From Chrysomallon squamiferum (lineage: Eukaryota; Animalia; Mollusca), in contig CM022679.1 in the NCBI GenBank assembly GCA_012295275.1, positions 21,266,001 through 21,330,000 of the forward strand: a stretch of DNA of 64,000 nucleotides, written 5' to 3'. Of the stretch, positions 1 through 15,770 are shown piece after piece; positions within the stretch are counted from its first letter, which is position 1, and each line of letters begins with the position of its first letter. The translations under genes and the position numbers were made by a program. The notes beneath the pieces were generated by a model. That model was not told the DNA's origin, did not search any database, and saw only the letters and a list, made by a program, of their open reading frames with translations.

Positions 1-157
1 GAAACGTTCGTCCAAAAGGGCAGACGTTCTGGAACATTCTTTTAAAATCGTCTTGATTGTGTAAAGGTTGGGAAAACGTTTTAAATTATTTAGTTTAATC
101 TGTTTCAGTCTTCCACTGGCAATTGATGAAGGAGGGTGGTATTAAAAACAATTAACC

Positions 158-189
<32 letters not shown>

Positions 190-2281
190 TTAAAAGATTG
201 TAGCAACCTTAACAACAACAGCAACAGTGACAGGAAATGATGTAGAAATATAATATTGAAAAAGTATTTAAACAGAAAATGATATATAGGTAGATAGATA
301 AAGAGATAGCTAGAAACAGCTGTTAGATAGATAGTTAGAAAGATGGATGGATGGATGGATGGATGGATAGACAGATGGGTAAATGAATGAGAAGAGAGAG
401 ACAGAGAGAGCCTAAAAAAAAACCAAGAACCTTCCCCACCCACAAAACAACCCCCAAAGAAAAATACTACAAACAAACAATAACAACAAATAAGTTAAAA
501 CTCTTACATTTTAATCAACAGTCTGAAGCGATGTTTTTTACGTATTTTTAAAAAACGACTGCATCTTTCACGTTACGTGCAAGTGAACAGTTTGCGAGGC
601 GAGCGAGGACAACAAAATGCTGGAACACAGGAGTCTGAAAACGGAGATCCCCGTGGGAACAATAACTGTGCCGAGTTACTGATTGAGTGCTTTCCTCCTG
701 CACCGCAATCAGAATTTCTAACTAACCCAGCCGAAGCCAAATAAAGGATCCTCGCAACTGCCAGTCGCACCTACTTAACAGCGCTGCCGTCTGTTTTTAC
801 TGCAGCCGTCGCTAATAAACGCTTCTAATCGACTCTCTGTTGAGTGTTTATGATGTCATATATTTCATTATCGGCCGAATAATAGAACAACATCTGCAGA
901 GAGGCTGCTTGACGTAAAACTTTACAGTTGCGTCTTCTCATCACGGTGAAGTGATTTTGAAGTTCTTGCTGATGATCATGGTTATGTCAGAGATTATTTT
1001 TTTTTATAAATGTCTGTGTAGTTGTTACGTTTGTTGCTGGGGTATAATCTTTCCTAAAAATAAAATATGACGACTGTAAAGCAACACTACGTAGAAACAT
1101 ACCTGCATCCAGACAGAGAGGTGTGTACACTGGTACAAATATCAGTCCATCGATAGATCATCCATGTGTACGTACATATACATACGTACTTAATTAATAC
1201 GTACACGCCAAACATAAATATATACATACACACATACACTCACATACATACATACATACATACATACATACATACATACACTCACATACATACATACATA
1301 CATACATACACAGTTAGACAGACACAGACTACATTATATTAATGATAGGATAAACCTACGTTATATCTGTACAGCAAAGCCTTTTTCTTGTTATAGATTG
1401 AGAACGCCAAGAGCGATGATGTATTTAATATGAAATGTAAATGACAAGAAACGAGTCAATTTCTTGTATGTTGGGATATTGAACACCGTTATTGATTGTT
1501 TGGTTCCTTTTAGCGTCCTTTGTCACGGCTTGGATTAAAGACACAAGCTGAAAACTGTCGCCTCAAATGTCCATTGTGTTCAGCGTCGAGTCTGTTTGCG
1601 AAATACTTTTCAAGAAAGACCACATAGCACGCATCGTTTAAAAAATAGAAATAGGAAATGCTACAACAGACAATTCGTGAATTTTGCATTGTTGTTATTT
1701 ATTTATTTACTTATTTATCTTCATTATTTTAAAAATTCTATCAAATTCCGATATGCATATGTTTATGCTGTGTGTGTGTATTTAGATATGTCTTTATGTG
1801 TATTTATTATTAATTTATTTTTAAAAATAATATTCTCATTTTATCTCTAGGGATTAGAGCTGATTTAGAGTTCACATTGTATGAATAATACAATATGTTT
1901 GGTTCTAAAGTTAATTAGCTTCTGCAGTATCTATTTATGTATGTTTGTATGAATGTATGTAGGTACGCATGTACGTACTGTATAAATAAGAATGTATTAC
2001 GATATGCTATATTATATAATGCGCTTATGTACAAAATTATATTTGTCTGGATATGGGCCTAATCATGAATATCTGCGCATGCACGTTAGTATCTGAATTT
2101 ACGTTTCTTTTAATGTACATGGGAATCAATCTGTAGCTATGTGTTTGTTACAATACACCAGACCTTTTAGGCGAGTTATGTCACGAACGCTTGTTTTCCT
2201 ATGTCACTTATGCATGATCACAACTCGTTAATGACAATCTTTTTTATAAACCCAATAAGCTGTACACACTGGGTCTGCAAC

Positions 2282-3727
2282 GACACGATAGATGATCAAT
2301 ATATAACTATACACTAGTAAAATAACAGACGATAGATGATCGATATATAACTATACACAAGTAAAATAACACACGATAGATGATCAATATATAACTAAAC
2401 ATATGTAGAATAACAAACGATAGATGATCAGTATATAACTACACACAAATAAAATAACACACGATAGATGATCAAGATATAACTACACACAAGTAAAATA
2501 ACACACGATAGATGATCAGTATATAACTACACACAAATAAAATAACACACGATAGATGATCAATATATTACTAAACACAAGTAAAATAACACACGATAGA
2601 TGATCAATATATAACTACACACAAGTAAAATAACATACGATAGATGATCGATATATAACTACACACAAGTAAAATAACAAACGATAGATGATCAATATAT
2701 AACTATACACAAGTAAAATAACACGATAGATGATCAATATATAACTATACACAAGTAAAATAACACACGATAGATGATCAGTATATAACTATACACAAGT
2801 AAAATAACACACGATAGATGATCAATATATAACTATACACAAGTAAAATAACACACGATAGATGATCAGTATATAACTACATACAAATAAAATAACACGA
2901 TAGATGATCAATATATAACTATACACAAGTAAAATAACACACGATAGATGATCAGTATATAACTACACGCAAATAAAATAACACACGATAGATGATCAAT
3001 ATATAACTATACACAAATAAAATAACACACGATAGATGATCGATATATTACTATACACATGTAAAATAACACGATAGATGATCAGTATATAACTACACAC
3101 TAGTAAAATAACACACGATAGATGATCAGTATATAACTATACACAAATAAAATAACACACGATAGATGATCAGTATATAACTATACAAATAAAATAACAC
3201 AAGATGAAAATAATAACTATACACAAATAAAATAACACACGATAGATGATCAATATATAACTACACACAAGTAAAATAACACGATAGATGATCGATATAT
3301 AACTACACACTAGTAAAATAACACACGATAGATGATCTGTATATAACTACACACTAGTAAAATAACACACGATAGATGATCAATATATAACTATACACAA
3401 ATAAAATAACACACGATAGATGATCAATATATAACTATACACTAGTAAAATAACACACGATAGATGATCAATATATAACTATACACAAATAAAATAACAC
3501 ACGATAGATGATCAATATGTAACTATATACAAGTAAAATAACACACGATAGATGATCAGTATATAACTACACACAAGTGAAATAACATACGATAGATGAT
3601 CGATATATTACTACACACAAATAAAATAACACACGATAGATGATCAGTATATAACTACACACAAGTGAAATAACATACGATAGATGATCACACAGAAGTA
3701 AAATAACATACCATAGATGATCGATAT
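2282..3727. repeat. ~44-bp minisatellite, roughly 33 units
   Basis: Tandem ACACACGATAGATGATCAATATATAACTATACACAAGTAAAATA with 42/44-bp variants and single-base polymorphisms. Confidence 0.97.
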
Positions 3728-4538
3728 ATTGTTTAATTACAGAAGCTGTCCCGAAGCTTAAAAATGTCAGTTTTAGACGAAGTATACAAACAATCACTTT
3801 GGTAACAAGCTGTCGCCAGAACCGGCTTATTCTGTGTATGTGAGATTTAAGAGTAGCATATGGCAGTGACAGAATGTTGAAAAGAAAGAACATAAAACTT
3901 TCTCTTCGGCTTATCTCCGGCACTGAGCTTTTCAATAGTTCTGTTGTTGTACGAACAAGTGTTGAGCACACACACAGTTCCCTCGAGGTATGGCGGGTCG
4001 CAGGTTCAATCACTGTGAGTGGAACAGTTAGTGTTCCAGGAATTGTTTGAGAGACGTTCTTTAGGCAGAGTGATTCAATACTTTCTTGTTGTTGTTGTTA
4101 TTATTATTATTATTTGAATCGTTGTTCTCATAAAGGCAGAAAGTCTTATTTTATTTTATTTTATTTTAATACAGACATTTTTTTTAAATTATTTTTTTTT
4201 TATTTATTAATTTTTTTTTATTTTGACCATTGAATGCTGACAAGTTACAAAGCAACTAGGACTTAAAGCAGCCTAAGGCCTCACAATTTTATTTAAATAG
4301 AAGATTAATATAGTTCTACATTATTGTCGTTGTTGTTGTTGCTGGTAAAAAAATTGATCTTCGCCAGAAGGCCAAGAAGTTTTTTTATAATTTTTTTTTT
4401 TTTTTTTAATTTGTCTACGATATTATTTAGGTTACTATTTTTGGTTTGTTTGAAGTTGGTGGTTCATTGCAGGAATTGCTGCAATACCAGGTGAACCCGT
4501 GGTGAGGGCGGAGTGAGTATCGTGCACCCCACCCCTTA

Positions 4539-4594
<56 letters not shown>

Positions 4595-4683
4595 CGTTTG
4601 CTTTAGTTGGTTTATAAGAATCGTTTCAGCTGTTACATTCCATTTATTAAACTCGTTATTATTGCTGTAATATAACTATAACT

Positions 4684-4738
<55 letters not shown>

Positions 4739-5960
4739 GTAGGTTGGTAGCTAGTTAACTGTTTTATGATAAAGCTCATTTCATCTTCATTAGCTCTTAC
4801 CAGAAATCAGACAGTTGCTAGTGTTAGTTACGTGAAGAAGCCAAACACTGCCACAGCGATTACACTTTGTCAACAAGTCGTATGAAGACGTCTAAAGCCA
4901 ATACGAGCTCTACGCGTGATATATTACAGTAATAATAAGGTGTGTAATAAAAAAGACAATGAAATGTAACAGCTGAAGAGATGATTTAAAAAAGAAAGAA
5001 AGAAAAAATGTGTGTTACAAATAGATATCGGAGATAGAAGCAGCATGAAAGAGATAAGAAAATAATGAGGAAATGCATAATGACGTCAGTGCATACGTAT
5101 TTATATTTGTGTATGATTAGATACAAATCGATACATATACGAAATACATTCATGCAACGTACTTACAAATTTAATCCGTATTTCATATGTATATATATAC
5201 ACACACATACACGCAATACACACACACACACACACACACACACATCCATTTGGTATTAAAAGTAGCTCGAAATGTAAAGGTTAACAGAATGATGCAATTA
5301 CCGGACTAATTAACAGAAGGTTGTATTTACAAAAGATCCTCTTATTAAAATAAAAGTAAATCAACCAATGGTTTTAAAATAGTTTTTATTTAACCCAAAT
5401 AACTTTATACGTAGGATAAAAATGTCAGTGTATTGCATAATGATAATAATAACTATTACAAACTGAGTACAAGTTCCAAAACAAAGATAACATACTAGAT
5501 CTACAAATTACTAAACAATACATCAACACATACTACAGAATCATATTCAGTCTTCAATAATAGAAACAGCCTAAATGTCTGTCGGGATACCTCTCGTCTC
5601 AAGTTTATTTCAGCAGTCCCTTTTCAGAAATAGCGTTGAATATTTATAAACACAGAGCGGACGTTACCGAAGTCACTAAAATAACTGAATTCTTTTTGAG
5701 GCGAAATTGAAAAGAATCCAATATCACAACTTAACTGGAAAACAAGATTTAGAAAGTATCCAAGACAATACATCTAAAGATCATCATAAATTTATATATA
5801 TATTAGAAAAACTGGTGAAATTCATTTAATACATTCGTAAAAATACCACGAGAAAGTGCTGTTTTCATGAAAAAAGTATAAACACGCACAGACACGCACA
5901 CACAAACACACACACACGTAAAGAGGCAGAACCAATGTTTACAATGGTAAACAAATGTAT

Positions 5961-6073
5961 GTATACCTACCTACGTGATGAGATGTGTCGGGAAAGCACA
6001 TTTAAAACAAATGTAAGTATACCTACCTACGTGATGAGATGTGTCGGGAAAGCACATTTAAAACAAATGTAAG
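5961..6073. repeat. Direct tandem duplication of ~58 bp
   Basis: GTATACCTACCTACGTGATGAGATGTGTCGGGAAAGCACATTTAAAACAAATGTAA occurs twice in succession. Confidence 0.9.
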
Positions 6074-7345
6074 GGATTTGCAGTTGTGAAGGTGATTAGG
6101 AGCACGCTGACTGAGAGCACTGTAATTGAAAGAGACAAATGTATTAAACTGGCTGGCTGTACGAGACTTGTCAGTCGTGGTCGCATTACACTGGAAATTG
6201 AAACTGTCGTACACGCTAAGTACACTCACAAGACGTGTTTGCTTAATGAGAATTCTAACTGATACTGCTGTATAATTAGTAGGTGTGTGTATCTGTGTTT
6301 GTGTTTGTATGTGTTTCTTAGTTTGTGTGCGTTTGTGTATGAATTTATGTATTTATGTGTGTATGTGCATGTTGTCTGTGCGTACGTACGTACATGTGCA
6401 TGTATGTATGTGTGTATGTACGTCGTCGACATCACAAAGACAGAGGTAGATTAAGAGATGATGAAAGAGATAAGCAGATGAATGTATATAGGTATCTAAG
6501 TATGTATGTATATATGTATGAATGTATCTGTGTGTTAATGTATGAATGCATGTATGTACGTACAGAACTGACCGAACTGCAATTTCTCTGCAGCTTTCAG
6601 TTCACTATGTTACGAAATGACGTCTGGAATCTATCTATGAAAAGGTATTTATTTATTTATTTATTTATTTTGGCAACATAATTATTTCATTATCATACTT
6701 TGTTATAACTGATGATAGCTGATCCCAAGCTGTAAATTAATATCTTTTGTTAGACTGTTTAAAACCTTTATGTAGGTGTAATTGTACTTGAAACCTGTGA
6801 TCCATGATTATTAAATAGTATATGAAAAGTATCACTATATGGTTGCAGTACTTCATGTAAATAATGCATATCTTTCTCTCTTTTTTTGTGTAGTGTTAAT
6901 ATCTGCTATATTAGTATCTATATAGTGGGCGTTGTTATCTGTGATATTTCTCTCTATGTTATTATCTACGCTTGTATAAACAGTTCTAGTAACCTGTAAA
7001 TATGCACCAGCTGTAAATTATGATGGTGACAAGTAATGAAATACAGACATGTTGATCATTTTGTGCCACTTGTATTGTTCAGTTTATCTCACTTTGTATT
7101 TTTATTATTTATTTATTTACTTATTTAGTATTACTATTATTTGGGTGGATGAGGAGAACAATATATTATTTATGTCTAACTTTCCGACTTGTGTAAATGA
7201 TCAGGGTAAATATTTTGACAAACGCTGCGCTATTTATTATATAATTGACACCGACATTTGTAAATACAGACAAGGATGTAGACATGGCTGTTTACTGTTA
7301 TTTTATTCCTTGTTCCTGTTTTTAATATTATCGGGTTTAAGCTTT

Positions 7346-7400
<55 letters not shown>

Positions 7401-9214
7401 GCTAAGTAATGAATAGAAAAAGTATTCCTTATATTTCCGACAGTTTGTTTTATTTCTTAGAGGGCACCAACCTTGAAGTTACTAACAATAAAGTTCGACA
7501 ATAAAATAAAAACTTCCTCTTTGCCGTGACGTCATTTCGAAATGCAAAAACAACCGATCGACTGAATAAGTAATTACGAAACTGTTGCACTGTAATTTAT
7601 AAAGATATTATTTCTTTTTTTGCTTCGAATCTGTCACCAAAAAAACCCCACGTATCCTCGAGGGATTGTTATGTGTTATTGACAGAGATTGGTGACGTTT
7701 GGCAAATAAACCAGTCATCATGAAGATAGAAAACGTATAGAGGCTGATTGTTAACACCTCGATGTGTATTGATATTAATTTTATACAAACTATATTATTA
7801 ATTTTCAAAAAAAAACAACCCAAAAACCTAAAATATATAAAATTTAAAAAACAAAGCAGAACAAAACAACAAAAAAACAACAAAAACAACATATAAAGAG
7901 AAATATTTCAAAACAGCCAAACAAGCGGAAAGGTAAAATTAGTATAATAAAGAATCCCAATTATTCTGTTTGACTGATCATTTAAAACTGCTGCATTGAG
8001 GACAGCCGCGAGGTGATCACTGACAGTGTCGAGTTAAAAACACACAGTTCCCTTTCACCTGCTTCTAAAAGTGATAACTGTTAGTGACGAGGCGTTTTAA
8101 ACAAAATGTTTGTCATATGTTTTCATTTGTTTTAAGTAAACAGTTTTTACATAATTTCGTCTTCTTATAAAGAACAAAAGAACATAACAACGAACATCTG
8201 GCAAAATATAAAAAAATAAAATAAAAAGAAGAAAGAAAGAAAAAGAAACAGAAAAAAAAAGTGTATTATACATTATACTTTTTAAAAATAGTTATCCTAA
8301 TAGCTTTCATTACATAAGTAATTGCAAACGTGTTACTGTTAGAATATATATATGTGTGTGTATGTGTGTATGTGTGTGTTGTCGCACACACGTACTCACG
8401 CACATAAACACATAAACACGTATGTGACAGTGTACAAATTGAAATTAATTAATACTTGTATAAACAGAACGTTTTGGTGACGTCTGAGATGGGATGGGGC
8501 CTATGACATGCATGCTTGTACAGAGCTCAGATGAAAGCTAAAAACTTTGCCCATCCAAGCCTATCACATCATGTATAAAACGTATTCTAGACATGAGTGC
8601 ATGAACTGATAACATTACCCACTGTCGTTAGATCTTGGATGAATGTAACAGGTTAAAATATAAAATTAATTAACTGTTATAAGCAGTACATACCTAGATT
8701 AAATTTAGTAGCATTCTCCTAACTGAAATAATAAAATGAATTAATCTTAGTAATAACGAATTATTAAGACACTGCATACTTGAATTAGGTTTTCGTAGGA
8801 ATGTATTAACTCATATATGAAAAATGAATGAACTGCACTAACATCGAAGTATTGGTGAGGCTACACACTGGCATTAGGTGTATAAAATTAATTAATTCTG
8901 GCAATACGAAGATAATTAACACACTGCTGGATTAGGTTTCGGAAGAATGAACGAGGCACAGTCTAAACGAGCTAACTGTGATAATGACGAAGTATTGAGT
9001 GCACACTGTGATTGTGTTCTGAAAGATCTTATCGAGTGTCGAAAATGATTGGAACTTGCTGCCGTGCTGTTACTGACAATTTGTTTCGTGTTGTTGTGTG
9101 AAACCACAGACAAGCCTGCGAATCATTAAACATCTTCCTGCGACATTGACGTCACGCCCTCCGGGCCATCTTCGCACTTGAGACAACGCCTCGAGCAGAT
9201 GCTGACGTCTCGCA

Positions 9215-9555
9215 CCAATTTAACAACGGCCACGACCTTAGCACTTTGCTAACAAAAGCGACTATCTCACCCATAGTTAATAACAGCGTCGACATCAGCA
9301 TTTCGTTAGCAACAGCGTCGACCTTAACACGTCTTTAACAACAGCGACAACACCGCATTTCTTTAGCAACAGCGACAACCGTAACACGTCTTTAACAACA
9401 GCGTCAACCTTAACATTTCTTTAACAACAGGTCAACCTTAACACTTCTGTAACAACAGCAACAACAACCTCACACCTCTTTAACAACCGCGTCAACCTTC
9501 ACACTTCTTTAATAACAGCGACAGCAACCTCACACTTTTTTTAACAACGTCGTCC
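9215..9555. repeat. Degenerate ~30-bp tandem repeat
   Basis: Recurring CTTTAACAACAGCG(T/A)CAACCTTAACAC units, decaying at the edges. Confidence 0.8.
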
Positions 9556-9937
9556 ATCTGAAATCATGCAAGACACCCCAATTATAAGTTCAGCAATGAC
9601 AGTATTCATAAACGATTTCTGGAAGAAGCATTTAATCAATGTAACCAGCTCTAAACGACTCGGCCAAGCACATTACAGAAAGACCGCCGAAATTAAAGGT
9701 CAAACAGTGAAGCGAATTCTTCACCCCAAAACATCAGTCATTACTCACAGAATGATGTGCCATTTTGCGCTGACATGGTTTGATATGCCGCGCACTCTGA
9801 TGAGTCGATTCCTAGGTTCTCACTTGCAGATGATTGATTCGGGGTCGTTTACTTGATGATGGCCATATGGTGGCTTCGCCAATTATAGAAAACTACTAAA
9901 TAGTCATTTAATATATAAGGCTTCTTCTTCTACTAGA

Positions 9938-9968
<31 letters not shown>

Positions 9969-10945
9969 GGTGGGGGTGGGTGTGGGTGTGTGTTATATAC
10001 ATATTCGTTTGGTTCTTTATTTTTTATTGCAATCTTTGGGAAACTATAAAGAAAACGAAAAACAACATACAATTCTGAACTAATTTCCCATTACAAAACA
10101 TTTAAAATATGTAATTAAACGCATTTGATATGACAGTGTTGTGTTGCATCAGGAATCAAAGGCAGACGTCGGGAGCCTGCCGAAAATTGAACTCTTGCCC
10201 TTAGGCGAACGTTAGATATTTCATTCAGTTATTATTATTATTATTTTTTTTTGTCTTTCTTTCTTTCTTATTATTATTATTATTTTGGTTATATTATTGT
10301 TGTTTCGTTAGTTTTACGCGATTCTAAACACGCGTGTGATATATGTTGTTAAATAGTTTCTTTGTGATCTAGTAATAACAAAAATATTTTTCATTCTCGC
10401 CACATTTAAAATGTGTTGTTTGATGGCACCACGGATATAAGGACTATTCAAATAACTAGAGAGGAAACCCATTGACGCTGAACAATAGGCTGTTCTGGTT
10501 TCCATAATTGGTGTAAATGTGTCTACTATTTTTACAGAGGACCTGGAAATATTACGATTAACTCAATTACAAAAATAATTTAACATCCACATAAATTATT
10601 GATATTTCGTCCTCTCTGAAATGTCTGCTAACAAAACTACTTAAACCAACGTTAAACTGATTCTGAACCGCCTTGACGGTAATAATCTTGTTTCTAAGAA
10701 TAATCTATAAACCTGTAATTCTTGTTAGAATCACTAATACGTATCATATGACAAATTAAAAAAAACCAAACAAAAAAAAACTAATAATAATAATAATTAA
10801 GGATGACAGGAAAAATGTTGAAATATTAGTATGAAAACTGTTAATTCATTGTCAACACACAACTAATCAACAAATTTAATTTAGATGAATTAAAAACGAT
10901 TTATCAACATCTGGAGGTCTATAAATCATTGCCGTGAGTTATTTA

Positions 10946-11156
<211 letters not shown>

Positions 11157-12633
11157 ACAGTTAGTTCCATTTCTCGACTTATTTGCCTGCATATGTAAAT
11201 TTATAAAAATAAAATCAACACATACACACAGAGCTAATATCGAAAAAAACACCTTTGAGCAATGCACATACGACTCATTATTATCGCAAACAATCAATGG
11301 ACATCATTTTAGGTTTCCTGTGACAAATTAAAGATAAAACATCATACCAAGTAACGTAACAATAAACTGGTAAGTACTTTCAACATTTTAGGACTTTCCA
11401 AAATGTGATCACGCCTTCCACCGCCTTCGTATAATAAAACTATGTTACCAATATCCTAACATCGATTTATTAATCAAAGCAGGCTGTAATGTCTATAAAT
11501 TGCAAATCAACTGTTGCAACAGAATGCGACATCACATAAAATATCCGCATGACAACATTAAGTCAGGGAAGGCACAGGGAAAATATTCAGATGAAAGACT
11601 AACAAAGATTTATACATCGTTTGATCTTAACCAGAAGCATGCTACGCCATTTGTAATTCAGATAAGGGAGAGAAGTGGCGCTGATATCGTATTTTTGTGT
11701 AATATCGAATACTGTTAAAACGCTCCAGAAATATATCTGCATCACAATTGATAGGTCATACTTTAGCCTAATATTTATTTTTAATATTGTTATTACATTG
11801 TAAATGCAGCTGAAAATCAAAGGTCGTGTTATTTGGCTATCAGTAGGTGGCCTTTTAGGGAAAAACGTTTAACAATGGCGGAACTCACTGGAAATTTGCT
11901 GTAATGTGTTTAAAAACCGACACTTACTTTTTCTTGATCTCTGTATTGAAAATTCTTTAGAGTTTAAATAAAAATATTCACCACAATAAACACACCTGTT
12001 TATTCTATAATTTAAGTTGTAAAGATTTAACAAAAAAAAATGTATTTAATTAAACTGCAATGTTAAGAAACGGGACAAAATAAATACGGATTAACTGTTC
12101 ATGAAATATATTGATAATACTATAATTATGATTATGAGATAGTTTTTTAAACAACAGTTATATGTCGTCACACAGTTCCAAATTTAGGCATAAACAATCC
12201 GCTTAGGCTGCCCCCCCCCCCACCAAAAAAAAAAGAAAAAAAAAAATTAAAGAACAAATAAACCCAATAAAACATGAAATTCAGTATAAATCCTTTGGCA
12301 TACAAAGATTATTTTCTTTTATTTTTTCTTGATTATCAACCTCATGTTTTATGAGTGAATAAATTCCGTTTTTTTTTGTTGTTTTTTTCACTCGTGTAAA
12401 ATCAATTGTCGATTAGCAACAATATATTTTTTTATACGTGCACTTTCCCAAAGTTGTGTCAGCAAATATTAACTTCCAGTAAGCTACAAAGTATTTTATC
12501 TTTGATAACAATTTTACCTCTTTCAGAACATATTTCATTTCGATAAAAACCAAATAATAATTGAAATTATTAAAAAAAAAAACATTTTGCCGTTCCAAAG
12601 CATTTGCTATTATTATTGCTATTGTTGCTGCTG

Positions 12634-12682
<49 letters not shown>

Positions 12683-13078
12683 TGCTATTCTTAATCATCA
12701 ATTTAATTTCTATATTTTTATGAAGGCGACAGCAGTTTATTGTGTTGAATATTGATAATCACATTTTCCAAAACTCACTGGCAGCTGTTTCGTTTTCCTC
12801 TTTTATTATTATTTTTTTTCAAGCAGCGTCCGTCCCATTCAAACCGACTGCAGCTGACAGCGAGAACCGATTTCCAGTCAGATAAACTCTTCAGCCAGTT
12901 TTCACTTGCATATTCTGTTTGTTTATTTTTACACGGATGTTCTGTATCTGTTCAAGAATAGGTTTTCGTTTTAGAAGACAGACCGTCTGATGCAGACGTT
13001 TATATAAGTTTAATAAAATGCGTTCGTTTTTCTTCATAAGCAGGAAATTTGTTTATTGTGGAAAAGTGAAAATGAAAT

Positions 13079-13126
<48 letters not shown>

Positions 13127-13224
13127 CACATTCACATATTCACAAATACACACACATACATACACTTTCGTAAATTCATAACATACATCCACACCTCTTC
13201 AAACTTCAAACATATGCATACATG

Positions 13225-13292
<68 letters not shown>

Positions 13293-13397
13293 CCTGGATA
13301 AAGATATGACCACTTATACAGAATTGTATACCCATACTAACCCCTAAACTAAATAGATAATCGTGTTCATATTCACGCGCATACATCCTTACACATA

Positions 13398-13502
<105 letters not shown>

Positions 13503-15658
13503 GCATGCACACACACAGTATAAAAAAGTCAAAAGCCAAAAGAAAAATATCTATTTGCAATTAATCCCCCCCCAAAAAAAAAATTAAAAAAAAAAATTAA
13601 CCCAACACTCTGCATTCTTCTTCATCTGGAGAATGACATAACTCACACAAACTCGGCATAATCCGGGTAATTTGGACGGCATTTTCTAAACGTGCATTAA
13701 GTAATCCACGTTAATGCCTGACTTCAGCAGAACGACGGCCCGAGCATTAAACTCGCTATCTGCGCATAAAACAAATGTTGCAGTCGCCTTGCCCGAACTA
13801 ACATCAACAACCATTACGTCGCTTGTCGCGCTAATCTTTCGTCCAGTAACTCTCCAACTTGATTCACTTTCAGTCAACAGCTCTATCAGTGTCTTGCGTC
13901 GGCTTCGAGTTTTATTAATAACGTCTGACTCGTATGGAAATAAATTGGTCGAAAAGCTGCTGCGTGATTTGCTTATTTACGACGTTTGAAAACAAATCTC
14001 AGATAGTCTGTCAGTGGAAGGGAACATGAAAAGATGAAAGAAAAATGTAGAAAAAAAAAAAAAAAAAAAAAAAAAAAAGAATCGAGGGAATAGAAAATAT
14101 ACGTCATCACCTTATTATTGTTTCATTAAATTTAAAATCTAGATTGAGAAATGTACAGATTAGATAGACAGACAGACAGAGAGACAGACAGAAAGATAGA
14201 CAGATAAAAAAAGACGTGTAATATGAAGAACAAGAGGATGATAAATGAAGCGATATTTGGTTTAGTGTTAAATTGGAAATTTAACGCTAAAATAGCCTCT
14301 GAATTATTTTAATTTAAACTGTCGTTATCAACATTTTTTTTATTATTATTAAAAGATTTCCTGTTCTAACTCGAATTTCAGCTCTTGTTAGTCCTCTTTT
14401 TTAAGATATCTGCAAGCTTAACATTTTCTAATCATTGTCGTAAGTTGAAAAAAAAAAAAAAAAAGAATGAAATAAAATAAAAAGAAATAAAAAGGAATAG
14501 AAAAAAAAAGAAAAGAAAAAAAAGAAATAGACAAGAATAAAGTAAAATGGTGAATGCAAAACAATTATTAAGAAAACAAATCAAGATGAAAGGAAGAAAA
14601 TATAAAAGATGATTTTTTTGTTGTTGTTATTGTTCACATGTAATTTTATTCACATTTCAACCTAGATTGTTAATATTTCATCGTAGCTGAAAAGAAAAAA
14701 GAAAACAAAATGATAGAAAAATGATAAAATCTTCACAACACTGTTTCAAACTTTTACAAAAAAACAGTCAAAAAAGAAAGCAAAAGTTAAAAAAAGAAAA
14801 AAAAAAAAAAAAAAAAAAAAGGAAATAAAAGAAAACAAACGGAAGAAGGAAGGAAAGAAAAGATAAAAAAGAAAAGAAAATGGGCATTTTGATTATGTCT
14901 TTGAACGTGATATATTATATGTTTTAGTTTTTACTGATATTGTTCAAAATATGGATAGAACAGAAAAACGATGCAGGATGAAATTTTCAACATTAAATAG
15001 CAGTCATTTACTTAATAATTATTTCTATAACTACTCTATTCTGAGTATGTTACCGCGAACGTATATATGGCTTTTCGATAAAAAAAATAAAAAAACGAGT
15101 TTTATCTGCTTCCACGTTATAAATGTCAAAGTAAGCCTTTCACGGGCCTTTCTTAAGTCGCCTAAACCTCGTATGTAAGTCAAGGAATGGCTGATGCTTA
15201 CTTTCAATTTGATTTATTTACTTTTTTTTCTTAAAAGAAAAAAAAAAAAAAAAAAAAAATGAAACGAAGAGAAAAGTAATAGAAATATATTTCCAAACAA
15301 AACAAATGACAACAGAAGATAATAGAAAATATCACGAAAGAGAAAAGAAACTCGTAATTCATGCTGAGTTCGTGTCAACTTCATTACAGATTTAAATGAC
15401 GTAATACGAACTTAAGAAACAAAACAGGTTACGATAGTGAATGTTGATTGTCTTCAGAAAAGTAGAGAAATAAAAAAGTTAAAGACTGAAAGAAAGGAAG
15501 GAAAGAATGAAGAAATGAAGGAAGAAAGAAAAAAGGAAGTAGCGAAAATAAGAAAGATAATTTAATAAAGTAATCAAATATATGTAAGCATACATACCTA
15601 CATACATACACATACAACATACATACATATATCCGTACTTACAGACATACATAAGATT

Positions 15659-15770
15659 GTCTTGATGGCCGAATAGTCATGTCGTCCGCTTTCGGAGTGC
15701 GGGCGAATGGATGTCATAGGTTCGAGTCTCGCCAGCGGCACCTAACGGGTTTTTGTGAGGTCTTGATTGT
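15659..15770 (+). mobile_element. tRNA-derived SINE head / tRNA-like pseudogene
   Basis: Pol III A-box-like TGGCCGAATAG (15666-15676) and B-box GGTTCGAGTCT (15719-15729); TTTCGGA loop resembles tRNA-Arg(TCG); no clean cloverleaf. Confidence 0.55.

Noticed and set aside
2282-3727. CRISPR-like array
   Set aside because: The sequence between conserved cores is itself repeated (no unique spacers), no cas genes, and the context is eukaryotic; it is a minisatellite.
15659-15745. Functional tRNA gene
   Set aside because: Acceptor and D stems could not be paired convincingly, A-B box spacing includes extra sequence, and no poly-T terminator directly follows a 3' stem.
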